DNA of 39,846 bases from an uncultured Fidelibacterota bacterium (GCA_913041075.1 CAJWGZ010000001.1:1-39846), one strand, 5' to 3'; positions 9,970 to 19,535 are shown, numbered from the stretch's first letter. The notes: generated from the letters alone by a model not told the origin. Translations and numbers: made by a program.

Positions 9970-11475
9970 ATGGATAAATTTCTTGACCTTCCAAAATGGC
10001 AGTTAGCTCTACTTTCAGGTGTGCTCATAGGGGCAGCTTATCCGCCCTCACCATTGGGTTTTTTGGCTTGGTTCGGTTTAGTTCCCCTGATCCATTTATT
10101 ATATAATGCATCCCCGGTTGAAGGTGCGAAGTGGTCCTTTTTGACAGGGGTTACCGTAAATATTATTACCATTTATTGGTTTGGTTTGAATAGTGGCGCT
10201 GGTTTATTTCCCGTATTTTTATCCTTAACCGGTGCAGTTCTTTACCTCAGTATCTTTTGGATTATTTTTGGTATGTGCACCAGTTGGTACCATCAGCGGA
10301 CCGGATATGGATTGGCAGTATTACCAATATTCTGGGTTGGTATGGAATATATACGCAGTTTTGGACCACTTGCATTTCCATGGATTAATTTGGCCCTGAC
10401 GCAAACGTTTAGTTTACCCTTGTTACAAATTGCAGATGTGACAGGATCAACAGGAATTAGTTTCTGGATAGTACTGATTAATGCAATACTTTATGCTGGT
10501 TATGGATCAAGTATTGGCCTAAAAAGTTCTTTGCAAATAGTTACCTTATTATTGGTTTTAATTTCATCTTTGGGTGTATATAGAATTTCATCAATTCGGA
10601 ATGAAACAATTGTCGATCAAATCAGCACTGCGATAGTACAGCCCAATATAGACCCAAATAAGAAGTGGGAAGCAGATTTTCGTGATAAAATTTTTGATAT
10701 TATGGATTCGCTTCATACTGCATCAATCGATCTTCAACCCGATTTAATTCTTTGGCCTGAAGCAGCCTTACCTGTTTATCTGCGCATAACATATAGCGCC
10801 CGCCGCCCAATCCTACGTAAAGTTCGTGATTCGGGTATTCCACTGCTCACCGGCACCCCTGATAGGATAAACCGTGAGAATAATGAAAGAGATTACTACA
10901 ACGGCGCGCTGTATTTTACACCTGATGGATCAATGAAAATGTATTATAAAATGCATTTAGTACCTTTCGCCGAATATATACCTTTTTCAGAAAAGTTTCC
11001 TATGTTGAAACGATTAAATTTTGGTCAAGGGAACTTTACATCAGGTCGTGATTTTACATTATTCGAAGTGGATAGCGTTCCATTTGGAAATTTAATTTGC
11101 TATGAATCAAGCATTCCAACTATTGTTAGCCAGTTTGTTCGCCATGGGGCAAAATTCTTATCGATTGAGACCAATGATTCCTGGTGTGGCCATACTTCTG
11201 GAGTTTATCAGCATTTCCAAATTGCGCGACTCCGTGCAGTGGAAAACAGGGTTGCGATTGCGCGTAGCGCCAATACAGGTATTTCAAGTCTTATTTTACC
11301 CACTGGTGAGATTGCTGAAAAAATACCTTACAACGAACAAAAAATAATTTTGGCTGAAATACCAATTCGCGATTTAGCATCATTTTACATGCGATTCGGG
11401 GAATTGTTTGCAATTATTTGTTCATTAATTTCAATCATATTATTAGGCACAGGATGGGTAAAAAACAGATCGTAA
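9970..11475 (+). CDS. lnt: Apolipoprotein N-acyltransferase
   Basis: Multi-pass N-terminal membrane domain followed by a CN-hydrolase domain (LILWPEAA, NLICYES). About 500 aa. Confidence 0.88.
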   Translation: MDKFLDLPKWQLALLSGVLIGAAYPPSPLGFLAWFGLVPLIHLLYNASPVEGAKWSFLTGVTVNIITIYWFGLNSGAGLFPVFLSLTGAVLYLSIFWIIFGMCTSWYHQRTGYGLAVLPIFWVGMEYIRSFGPLAFPWINLALTQTFSLPLLQIADVTGSTGISFWIVLINAILYAGYGSSIGLKSSLQIVTLLLVLISSLGVYRISSIRNETIVDQISTAIVQPNIDPNKKWEADFRDKIFDIMDSLHTASIDLQPDLILWPEAALPVYLRITYSARRPILRKVRDSGIPLLTGTPDRINRENNERDYYNGALYFTPDGSMKMYYKMHLVPFAEYIPFSEKFPMLKRLNFGQGNFTSGRDFTLFEVDSVPFGNLICYESSIPTIVSQFVRHGAKFLSIETNDSWCGHTSGVYQHFQIARLRAVENRVAIARSANTGISSLILPTGEIAEKIPYNEQKIILAEIPIRDLASFYMRFGELFAIICSLISIILLGTGWVKNRS

Positions 11476-12095
11476 CAGCTATAGTTCTAACACAGGTATT
11501 GTATACCCAGCAATTAGGTCCTACAGTAGATCAACAGAAGCCATTCTTTTCGCCGGTGGTGAAATCATTGGTTTTGCCTGGTTGGGGCGAATACAGCTTA
11601 GATAATCAAATTAGAGGGCGCATTTTTGTTTTGTCTGAAACCGTGCTCTTATTAGCAATCTTAGGTAGTTATTCTGTTGCGCAGAGGCAGGAAACGGAAT
11701 ATAAAGCTTATGCTGCTGAGCATGCTGGCATTGATCCCATTGGTAAAGATAGACAATTTTGGGTGGATATCGGGAATTATTCGTCCCTGTTTACGTTCAA
11801 TGAGGAGCATTTACGGTGGAGAGATTTTAATGCCCTTTATGAAGATAATGATACCTGGGCTTGGGCGTGGGATTCTAGCAATAATCGTGAAAGGTTCGAA
11901 AATACGCGCATAGCCAGTGACAGTTGGAGGCTGCGAGGCTCGTTTTTAATCGGAGGCGTTGTTTTGAATCATATTGTCTCTGCTATAGATGCATTGTACC
12001 TTTCAAAAATATCAAATATTCAAGAAACTGTAGTTTCTCCTAATTATAATCCTCATTCAGATAAAATGGAATTATCCTTAACCGTTTATTTTTGA
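11454..12095 (+). CDS. Hypothetical envelope protein (DUF5683-like PGWG motif; tentative)
   Basis: Long ORF in the operon frame. Contains SLVLPGWGEYSL followed by a hydrophobic helix, a Trp-rich segment (DTWAWAWDSS) and a second hydrophobic helix. The ATG at 11454 is preferred over the TTG at 11418. Confidence 0.5.
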   Translation: MGKKQIVTAIVLTQVLYTQQLGPTVDQQKPFFSPVVKSLVLPGWGEYSLDNQIRGRIFVLSETVLLLAILGSYSVAQRQETEYKAYAAEHAGIDPIGKDRQFWVDIGNYSSLFTFNEEHLRWRDFNALYEDNDTWAWAWDSSNNRERFENTRIASDSWRLRGSFLIGGVVLNHIVSAIDALYLSKISNIQETVVSPNYNPHSDKMELSLTVYF

Positions 12096-12102
12096 TCTAA
12101 AT

Positions 12103-12831
12103 ATGCATATCCATCCTCTAGTACGGTTCATTTTTTTTCTGGCGTTTTCTTTTTCTGTTTTACTTGCAGATACACTCACTTTATGGGCTATTTATTTTGG
12201 AATATTTGTGGTTACAACTGGATTTGACCGGACAGTCATCCTTGCTGTTTTTTCCCGTATAAAACCATTTATCCTGTACTTTCCATTTATGCTGATCCTT
12301 TATTTGGCAGTGTCTGTGTTGTTTACTGATGCAACCATTTATCAAGCAATGTTTGAAGTAGGGTTTGCTTTCCTGCGCATTGTTTTAATGATCAGTATCA
12401 TGAGTCTATACTTTGAGTCGGTTGGTTCTCCGAATTTTCTACTGGCGCTCCGGTCACTTTGGTTTCAAACTGGCCTAAAATGGAACTGGATGGAGAATTT
12501 CTTTCTTTTTCTGGATATGACATTGCGTTTTTATCCATCCCTACAGCGTGATTGGATTACGGCGATCCAATCACGGGAGTCACTTGGTTTTAATCAAAAC
12601 AAAAACAAACCCTGGGGTAAAATAAAACAGGCCGCACAAGATTTACCCGTATTATTGGTTATAAATCTGCGCAAATCTCAAGATATAGCTGTGGCGATGC
12701 AATTACGCGGTTTTGGAAAATCATTGCCCAGGTGCGTTTATAATGCAACTTCCTTTACCACCGGGCATTTACTGCAATTTGCAGGAGTGGTCATCTGTTT
12801 TTATTTGATCAACTTGCATGCCCCGTTTTAA
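12103..12831 (+). CDS. EcfT/CbiQ-like energy-coupling-factor transporter transmembrane protein (tentative)
   Basis: Polytopic membrane protein of about 240 aa. The C-terminal AIQSRESLGF and AVAMQLRGFG segments resemble the two Ala-Arg-Gly coupling motifs of EcfT. It lies immediately upstream of truA and overlaps it, as ecfT does in Firmicutes. Confidence 0.55.
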   Translation: MHIHPLVRFIFFLAFSFSVLLADTLTLWAIYFGIFVVTTGFDRTVILAVFSRIKPFILYFPFMLILYLAVSVLFTDATIYQAMFEVGFAFLRIVLMISIMSLYFESVGSPNFLLALRSLWFQTGLKWNWMENFFLFLDMTLRFYPSLQRDWITAIQSRESLGFNQNKNKPWGKIKQAAQDLPVLLVINLRKSQDIAVAMQLRGFGKSLPRCVYNATSFTTGHLLQFAGVVICFYLINLHAPF

Positions 12832-13549
12832 GTTAGTTTGCCAATATGATGGATCCAACTTTTCTGGTTGGCAATCACAAAAATCTGGTCGCACTGTTCA
12901 GGATGAATTAGAGCGCGTACTGACCCTATTAAATCATGGTGATTTAGTCCGCATCCTCGGATCAGGTCGTACAGATGCAGGAGTTCATGCCTTAGGACAA
13001 GTTGCTCATTTCAATATGGAACCTGATATGGATACTTGTGAGTTACGCGATGCATTGAATGGTAATCTTCCGGATGATTGTCGTGTAAATTTGGTTGAAG
13101 TAACTGATTTTGATTTTCATGCTCGTTTTTCCGCACAACGCAGAGATTACTTTTATAGTTGTAGGAAGGATAGATATCTACTAGATAGAAATACAGTGTG
13201 GTATACAGGTAATCTTGATTTAAGTAAATTAAATAACGCTGCTGAAATTGTGGTTGGCGAACATGATTTTCTATCCTTCTCAAAGAAGAACCTGGATATT
13301 GAAAACACAAATTGTACTATTTTTCAATCTCAGTGGCAGGAATCAAGTAAGATTGTAAATTATTATGTGTCCGCGAATCGATTTCTGCACCATATGGTGC
13401 GCTACTTAGTAGGCACAATGGTAGCAATAAGTCGTGGTAATTATACAATGAAAGAATTTAAAGAATTGCTAAATCATCCCAAACATGATGTGCAAATTTA
13501 TCGTGCCCCTGCTTATGGTTTGGTCCTGGATCATGTTAGCTATGAGTAA
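12818..13549 (+). CDS. truA: tRNA pseudouridine(38-40) synthase TruA
   Basis: GSGRTDAGVHALGQVAHF catalytic Asp motif. 243 aa. Confidence 0.92.
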   Translation: MPRFKLVCQYDGSNFSGWQSQKSGRTVQDELERVLTLLNHGDLVRILGSGRTDAGVHALGQVAHFNMEPDMDTCELRDALNGNLPDDCRVNLVEVTDFDFHARFSAQRRDYFYSCRKDRYLLDRNTVWYTGNLDLSKLNNAAEIVVGEHDFLSFSKKNLDIENTNCTIFQSQWQESSKIVNYYVSANRFLHHMVRYLVGTMVAISRGNYTMKEFKELLNHPKHDVQIYRAPAYGLVLDHVSYE

Positions 13550-14633
13550 CATCAGACGTAGATTTTTCATTTTTGTGCTACTATGTTGCAGTTTTCTTTC
13601 TGCAGATAAGATCAGTGATTCTCGACAGAATGCTATCACACGGGCGATTGAAAAAATTGGACCAACAGTCGCCAGTATTAATGTCATTCAGGATGTTGTT
13701 GTACCATTTGGCGGGGATCCATGGTTCAATTATTTTTTCCCAGAAATGTTTTATCGTAAACGAAAAGCCCGGAGTTCTGGTTCCGGTGTTGTAATTAGTC
13801 CCGATGGTTATGTAATTACAAATTCCCACGTAGTTGAAAATGCCAGGGAAGTATTCGTATCATTGCAAGGCGGTAAGGAATTTTCCGCGGAGATAATTGG
13901 GATAGACCATATATCTGATGTTGCACTGTTAAAATTGGATGGACGGGATTTTCCGTATGCATCTTTGGCAAATTCTGATGAACTAATTATTGGTGAATGG
14001 GTAATCGCCCTTGGTAATCCTTTGGGGTTATTTGAAATCAATAACCAGCCCACCGCTACTGTAGGGATCATTAGTGCGGTGGACATGAATTTTGGCGAAA
14101 TGGAAGGTGGCCAAGTTTATAAGGATATGATTCAGACAGACGCCGCAATCAATATGGGTAATAGTGGTGGGCCACTAGTAAATAGCGAGGGTAAAGTTAT
14201 TGGTATCAATACCTTTATTTATACTGGTTCATCCTATTCTGAAGGATCGATTGGTATTGGATTTGCCATACCAATAAATCGGGCCAAACGTATCGTTGAA
14301 GAGTTGAAAAATACCGGTCGTGTGGATCGCAGTTATAAGACAGGATTAACGGTGCAGCCATTGACGCCACGGATTGCATTATATATGGAATTGTCAATAT
14401 CAGAAGGATTAATTGTGATTGAGGTCGAGGATAATAGTACGGCAGATCGTTCGGGCATAAAAGACGGTGATATTATAACGAAAGTAAATGGTGTTAAGGT
14501 TATGACTACCAATGAATTTAGAGTCATCATCGAAGAAAGCGATTTACGTCAAGGAGATAGGATTAAAATCCAGATATATCGGAATGGGCGTTACCTAAAC
14601 AAGATCCTTGCGCTGGGCAAGGCGGGTCCATAG
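13542..14633 (+). CDS. Periplasmic serine endoprotease, HtrA/DegP/DegS family (single PDZ)
   Basis: Catalytic triad contexts TNSHVV, SDVALLKL and GNSGGPLVN, with a C-terminal PDZ (GDIITKVNG). A signal anchor follows the ATG at 13542, which overlaps the truA stop. The ORF-track start at 13485 is less likely. Confidence 0.87.
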   Translation: MSNIRRRFFIFVLLCCSFLSADKISDSRQNAITRAIEKIGPTVASINVIQDVVVPFGGDPWFNYFFPEMFYRKRKARSSGSGVVISPDGYVITNSHVVENAREVFVSLQGGKEFSAEIIGIDHISDVALLKLDGRDFPYASLANSDELIIGEWVIALGNPLGLFEINNQPTATVGIISAVDMNFGEMEGGQVYKDMIQTDAAINMGNSGGPLVNSEGKVIGINTFIYTGSSYSEGSIGIGFAIPINRAKRIVEELKNTGRVDRSYKTGLTVQPLTPRIALYMELSISEGLIVIEVEDNSTADRSGIKDGDIITKVNGVKVMTTNEFRVIIEESDLRQGDRIKIQIYRNGRYLNKILALGKAGP

Positions 14634-14636
14634 ATA

Positions 14637-15278
14637 ATGTTGGCCCCTGAGGGAAGGATCATCCTTTTTACCTTATTAATCACCACACTTACTGCAGGGA
14701 TGATTGGTTTCTACTATGATTCAGAACGCTTACTTGTTTGTTATGCTGTTTTTGGTCTATTATTTCTATTCTCTTGTAATTTTTTCCGCGATCCTGTGCG
14801 ATCAATACCAGTGGATGAATTATCGATTGTCGCTCCTGCAGACGGAAAAATCATTCGTATTGATCAAGTGAACGATAGCGAAATAGGGGAAGGTGCTAAT
14901 CGGATATCCATATTCCTTAGTGTTTTCAATGTCCATGTAAATAGAGTGCCAATAACCTGTACTGTAAAGGACGTTAAGCATATACCTGGGAAATTTTTGG
15001 CCGCATATGATCACAAGGCAAGTGACGAAAATGAAAAAACCGATATACTTTTTAGCGGGGCGAATATTACTTATCGTGTCCATCAGATAGCAGGAATTAT
15101 CGCCAGGAGAATACGTTGTTACGCAGAAAAAGACCTGAAAATGGTGAAAGGCGACCGTTTAGGATTTATTATGTTTGGTTCAAGAACAGATATTATATTC
15201 CCGGAGTCTGTTCAGATTGAAGTTGATTTGGGAGATAAAGTAAAAGGTGGAGAAACAATAATTGGGAAATTGATATGA
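14637..15278 (+). CDS. psd: Phosphatidylserine decarboxylase proenzyme (short type)
   Basis: FLSVFNVHVNRVP and GFIMFGSRTD (self-cleavage G-S site). It is followed by pssA with an ATGA overlap. Confidence 0.85.
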   Translation: MLAPEGRIILFTLLITTLTAGMIGFYYDSERLLVCYAVFGLLFLFSCNFFRDPVRSIPVDELSIVAPADGKIIRIDQVNDSEIGEGANRISIFLSVFNVHVNRVPITCTVKDVKHIPGKFLAAYDHKASDENEKTDILFSGANITYRVHQIAGIIARRIRCYAEKDLKMVKGDRLGFIMFGSRTDIIFPESVQIEVDLGDKVKGGETIIGKLI

Positions 15279-16018
15279 AAAAAGTACGGAAAAAACCTAA
15301 ACAGTTTATCCCGAGCATATTTACAGTAATGAATATGTTCCTAGGGTTTCTTGCAATTGGATTACTAATGAAAGGTGACCCAATTCGAGCGGGTTGGCTC
15401 GTGTTGTTTGCCTGTTTTTTTGATGTTTTTGATGGTAAACTGGCCAGATTATTAGGTATCCCATCCCGGTTTGGAGCGGAATTTGATTCTTTTGCGGATA
15501 CAATATCTTTCTGTACTGTTCCATCGTTGATTATTTATTCTGTGTACGTACAGGGTCTTCCGCCTATTGTAGGTGGGATATTCAGTTTTATACCATTACT
15601 CTTTGGTACAATACGATTAGCGAAGTTTAATCTCATGCAAGAAGATGACCCGAAAGCATATTTCATCGGCCTTCCCACGCCAATGAATGCTATTATGATC
15701 GTTACATTTATGATGTTTAACCACCAGCTTTGGGGGAATTTAGGAGATCCGAGAATTGCTCTTGTGATGGTTGTAGTACTTGGTTTTTTAATGATCAGTA
15801 AGATACGATTCTCAAAATTCCCCTTGCTATCATTGAAAAAGGGCCGTTCAAATACAATAAGTTTGATCGGTGTTGGTGTGGTTATTTTATCCACAGTTTT
15901 ATTTCGGGGACTAGTTTTATTTCCACTGTTTTCACTTTATATAATCTGGAGCGTTATTCAATGGATGCTTGATCATGATCGTTTTGAAGAAGAAACGGAA
16001 GTACAAACTGAATTATAA
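15275..16018 (+). CDS. pssA: CDP-diacylglycerol--serine O-phosphatidyltransferase
   Basis: CDP-alcohol phosphatidyltransferase signature DVFDGKLARLLGIPSRFGAEFDSFAD. Polytopic membrane protein. Confidence 0.88.
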   Translation: MKKVRKKPKQFIPSIFTVMNMFLGFLAIGLLMKGDPIRAGWLVLFACFFDVFDGKLARLLGIPSRFGAEFDSFADTISFCTVPSLIIYSVYVQGLPPIVGGIFSFIPLLFGTIRLAKFNLMQEDDPKAYFIGLPTPMNAIMIVTFMMFNHQLWGNLGDPRIALVMVVVLGFLMISKIRFSKFPLLSLKKGRSNTISLIGVGVVILSTVLFRGLVLFPLFSLYIIWSVIQWMLDHDRFEEETEVQTEL

Positions 16019-16029
16019 AGCACCAGAAC

Positions 16030-16326
16030 ATGAACGTAAATAAAGCAAGATCTATAAGTTTGATCTTTTTGGTCCTATTTTTTGGAGCAATGATGGGGAC
16101 ATTGCTTGGTGAATTATTAGGATTCTTACTGCCACCTGGCGTCGTGAAGGATTTTTTCTTAACTAGTGTTTATTTTGATCTGGCGGGGTTATTTGGCAAT
16201 GCGACTGGTGTAGTTACAATTGATCTGGTAATGTTCGTACTCAAGTTTGGTTTAGAGATCACCATTAACTTTGCCAGTATAATTGGTTTGGCGACCGCAT
16301 ATTATTTCCTCCGTTTTTACAGGTAA
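16030..16326 (+). CDS. Small membrane protein, DUF4321-like
   Basis: 98 aa. The pattern G.LLGELLG ... FDL ... FGLEITINFASIIG ... matches my recollection of DUF4321 proteins. Not verified by search. Confidence 0.5.
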   Translation: MNVNKARSISLIFLVLFFGAMMGTLLGELLGFLLPPGVVKDFFLTSVYFDLAGLFGNATGVVTIDLVMFVLKFGLEITINFASIIGLATAYYFLRFYR

Positions 16327-16333
16327 AGCAGGT

Positions 16334-16352
16334 ATGAATTTATTAAATTCAT
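16334..16352. promoter_or_regulatory. Perfect 19-bp palindrome upstream of tatA
   Basis: ATGAATTTA-T-TAAATTCAT has 9-bp arms around a single central base. It lies 31 nt upstream of the tatA ATG and 8 nt after the stop of the DUF4321-like gene. Confidence 0.4.
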
Positions 16353-16382
16353 CACTCGAATTGAATATATAAGGAAAAAACC

Positions 16383-16613
16383 ATGTCAGAACCAACAATT
16401 ACCATTAATTATGCTGCAGTCCCCGGTGGATGGGAATGGGTCATAATTGCTCTTGTCGTCCTTTTATTGTTTGGTGCCAAACGCATACCTGAACTTGCCC
16501 GTGGTCTTGGCCAAGGCATACGCGAATTTAAGGGTGCCGTAGATGATGCTAAGCAGGAATTGGATGATGCAGCAGAATCCATAAACTCAACCGATGAAAA
16601 ACCAGAGGGATAA
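16383..16613 (+). CDS. tatA: Twin-arginine translocase subunit TatA/TatE
   Basis: A single TM helix followed by LLLFGAKRIPELARGLGQGIREFK. AAGGA ribosome-binding site upstream. Confidence 0.9.
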   Translation: MSEPTITINYAAVPGGWEWVIIALVVLLLFGAKRIPELARGLGQGIREFKGAVDDAKQELDDAAESINSTDEKPEG

Positions 16614-16784
16614 TTCAGCCATTTAATATTTTGTTATCTTATAAATACTGATACAAAATTGTATTGGTAATTAAGGCAGTTTGATATTGTTGTATGCAAA
16701 TGCACTGAAAGGAAACTTTCTGCTGAACTTATCGTAATGAAATTAATTGTATCATTTTGCCAAGCAAAATTCACATAGTACACC

Positions 16785-17756
16785 ATGATTGAATTTGTTC
16801 ATCCTTGGATCATTGCAGGATTATTATGCGTTCCGATTATTATCTGGTGGCACAAATACAAGGGTAAGTCCCTAGAAGGCTCAATGCGGATATCCTCTTC
16901 CAAGTTGTTTTCCAATCATTTTCGTAAGCGCGGTAACAAAAGATCAAAAACTGTATTTGTTCTTAAAATAATTACAATTTCGTTGATAATTGTGGGTATC
17001 GCGCGACCAAGAAGGATAGACAAGTTACAGATGACCACTGTTGACGTGGTGGATATTATTATGGTTTTGGATATAAGTAGTAGTATGCTGGCAGAAGATT
17101 TTCAACCGAATAGACTTGAAGCTGTGAAAACTGCAGCACAACAATTTATTGAAAATAGAGCTGGCGATCGAATAGGATTACTGGTTTTTGCCGGAGAAAC
17201 CTTTATTCAATGTCCTTTAACGACCGATAAAGATGTACTTGTTTCCTTATTAAATGATGTTCGCGTTGCGGAAAAAGAATATGATGGTACTGCCATAGGT
17301 ATGGCCATTGCTAATGCAACCAATCGTTTACGTTCCAGTGAAGCAAAAAGTAAAGTGATGATCCTGCTTTCTGATGGTAGTAATAATGCTGGCGAACTTG
17401 ATCCCACGACTGCAGCAGACCTGGCCAGTCAGTTTGATATTAAAGTCTATACCATCGGTGCAGCCACGGATCAATCCCTGACTTACATTCCAGGGGTTGG
17501 GCGCATGGTCAATGAAATTGATGAAGAAACGTTAAAGGCAATTGCCAAAACTACTGGTGGACGATATTTTCGCGCCCGAGATAAAGACATGTTAACGGAA
17601 ATATATCAGCAAATTAATGATATGGAGCGTACTGAAATCGAAGTGAAGAGTTATACACGATATGAAGAATTGTTTGGTTGGTTGCTGATACCTGCACTAA
17701 TGTTAGGGATGGGCACTGAAACATTAACCCGATCAATATTTAGACAGCAAACATGA
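16785..17756 (+). CDS. batA: VWA-domain membrane protein BatA
   Basis: N-terminal F.HPW TM segment (MIEFVHPWIIAGLL), VWA MIDAS motif VLDISSSM, and LLSDGSNN. It is the first gene of a batA-E-like series. Confidence 0.8.
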   Translation: MIEFVHPWIIAGLLCVPIIIWWHKYKGKSLEGSMRISSSKLFSNHFRKRGNKRSKTVFVLKIITISLIIVGIARPRRIDKLQMTTVDVVDIIMVLDISSSMLAEDFQPNRLEAVKTAAQQFIENRAGDRIGLLVFAGETFIQCPLTTDKDVLVSLLNDVRVAEKEYDGTAIGMAIANATNRLRSSEAKSKVMILLSDGSNNAGELDPTTAADLASQFDIKVYTIGAATDQSLTYIPGVGRMVNEIDEETLKAIAKTTGGRYFRARDKDMLTEIYQQINDMERTEIEVKSYTRYEELFGWLLIPALMLGMGTETLTRSIFRQQT

Positions 17757-18778
17757 TAGATTTCAGATTCCCGATCGTATTATCATTTTATGCATTACTA
17801 GCAGTGGTCTGGGTAATATGGATAATCCGCAAACAATATAATGATTTGATTTGGGATGAAACAGAACCACTGGTAAAAGAAAAGCTTTTCAGACGATTGG
17901 ATCTAAATCGTTTGGCATGGAAACACCGCTTAACCTTCAGCGGATTAATTTTGCTTATTTTTGCAGCTTCAGGTCCACAAATTGGCACTAGAGTAGCGCC
18001 TGTTGAGCGCAAAGGTATTGATTTGGTGTTTGCGCTAGATGTTTCTGAAAGCATGAATGCCCAGGATGTAAAACCCAGTCGTTTGGAAAAAGCCAAATTC
18101 GAAATATCTCAAATGATCGATCAGTTAAAAGGTGATCGCATAGGATTAATCGTATTTGCGGGATCGAGCCACCTTTATTTACCTCTTACCTCTGATTATG
18201 AAGCAGCTCAGCTGTTTCTGGATGCGATTGATACCAAAATGATCCCTTCTCAGGGGACCGACCTCAGTACTGCTTTGCGTACAGCCATAAGTGCATTTAA
18301 CGAGGAGAGCGAAAAATATAAAGTAATGGTTCTTGTTACTGATGGGGAGGACCACGAGGGAGCTGCTGTTGAATTGGTTGCAAAAGCGTCTGAATCGGGG
18401 ATCATAGCTCATGCGGTTGGCGTAGGTACATTAAAGGGATCTTTAATACCGATAAATGACAAGACCGGAAACAGTTCCTACAAACGGGATAAAAAGGGAA
18501 TTTTGATCACTTCAAAACTTAATGAAGCAATGTTGACTGAACTTGCAGATGCAGGTGGTGGTATTTACAGCCGTTTCAATAATCGGGAAGCTAAGTATAA
18601 AGAAATCATGCAGGCTATTGATAGTATGGAGAAACGATCAATTCAAACCCACATTTATTCTGAATTTGAAGATCGCTATCAGTCGTTTGCTATGGTTTCA
18701 TTGCTATTATTAATCGCCGGAATGGTTTTGCCAACACGAATAACCAAAATAGAATCAAAGGATGACAGCTTTGAATAA
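17753..18778 (+). CDS. batB: VWA-domain membrane protein BatB
   Basis: MIDAS ALDVSESM, LVTDGEDH, and a C-terminal TM helix. ATGA overlap with batA. Confidence 0.8.
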   Translation: MIDFRFPIVLSFYALLAVVWVIWIIRKQYNDLIWDETEPLVKEKLFRRLDLNRLAWKHRLTFSGLILLIFAASGPQIGTRVAPVERKGIDLVFALDVSESMNAQDVKPSRLEKAKFEISQMIDQLKGDRIGLIVFAGSSHLYLPLTSDYEAAQLFLDAIDTKMIPSQGTDLSTALRTAISAFNEESEKYKVMVLVTDGEDHEGAAVELVAKASESGIIAHAVGVGTLKGSLIPINDKTGNSSYKRDKKGILITSKLNEAMLTELADAGGGIYSRFNNREAKYKEIMQAIDSMEKRSIQTHIYSEFEDRYQSFAMVSLLLLIAGMVLPTRITKIESKDDSFE

Positions 18779-19535
18779 GGTTCTATTCAAATTTTTCCTT
18801 TTATTTTTTGTATCGATAAGCATTGGTGCAGACAAAGGGATAGATCATTATAATAATAATGAATTCGAAAAAGCTCGTCAATATTATGAGTCTATTTTAA
18901 TAGATAGGAATGATGATCCCGCCGCAAATTTTGGTTTAGGATCAACAGCTTTCCAACAACAGGATTATGCAGCCGCAATGAAAGGCTTTGAAACTGCGTT
19001 GGGTACAGATAATGACAAACTGAAATCCAGCGCATACTATAACATGGCTAACATTCTAGCCCAAAATCAACGGCTGGAAGAAAGCCTGGCTTTTTTCAGA
19101 AAATCTCTGGAATTAAACCCCAGTGATTTGGATGCTAAGATCAATTATGAATTAATAAAATTTCAGCTTCAGCAGCAACAGCAACAACAAAATCAAGACC
19201 AAAATCAGAATCAAGACGAGAATGATAAGGATGATGAACAATCAGGGGATCAAAAAAAACAGGATCAGCAAAAGGACAAACAACAACAAGAACAAAATGC
19301 ACAGAATGATTCTTCAGATGAGCAAGAAAGTGAACAGCAATCTAATCAAAATGAGGACCAACAAGAGGATCAAACTCAGCAACAACAACAAGATATAGCA
19401 GAAAATGAAAAACAAGAATCTCAAGATAAACAAAATGCTGCAGCGATCCTTGACGCCTTAAAGAAGGATGAAAAAATCAATAAAAAACAGCAGATGTCCC
19501 GTGCGAAAAAGCGGAAATTAGAAAAAGACTGGTGA
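18762..19535 (+). CDS. batC: TPR-repeat protein BatC with Q/N/D/E-rich C-terminal region
   Basis: Signal/anchor sequence, TPR-like repeats (ARQYYE.., AYYNMANILAQNQRLEESLAFFRKSLELNP), then about 90 aa of low-complexity Q/D/E/N sequence. It sits between batB and batD. Confidence 0.7.
   Translation: MTALNKVLFKFFLLFFVSISIGADKGIDHYNNNEFEKARQYYESILIDRNDDPAANFGLGSTAFQQQDYAAAMKGFETALGTDNDKLKSSAYYNMANILAQNQRLEESLAFFRKSLELNPSDLDAKINYELIKFQLQQQQQQQNQDQNQNQDENDKDDEQSGDQKKQDQQKDKQQQEQNAQNDSSDEQESEQQSNQNEDQQEDQTQQQQQDIAENEKQESQDKQNAAAILDALKKDEKINKKQQMSRAKKRKLEKDW
19165..19435 (+). repeat. CAA/CAG/GAT/GAA-rich low-complexity coding tract inside batC
   Basis: Runs such as cagcagcaacagcaacaacaa and caacaacaacaa encode QQQQQQQNQDQNQNQDEND...QQQQQD. 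Confidence 0.7.

Noticed and set aside
16614-16784. A 171-bp AT-rich gap between tatA and batA, considered as a possible small RNA of roughly 6S size or a riboswitch.
   Set aside because: Only short local hairpins are present: ATACAA/TTGTAT at 16641-16654, GAAAG-GAAA-CTTTC, and TTTTGC-CAA-GCAAAA at 16755-16769. The end pairing TTCAGC/GCTGAA does not extend into a long helix. The region is more simply the bat operon promoter and 5' UTR.
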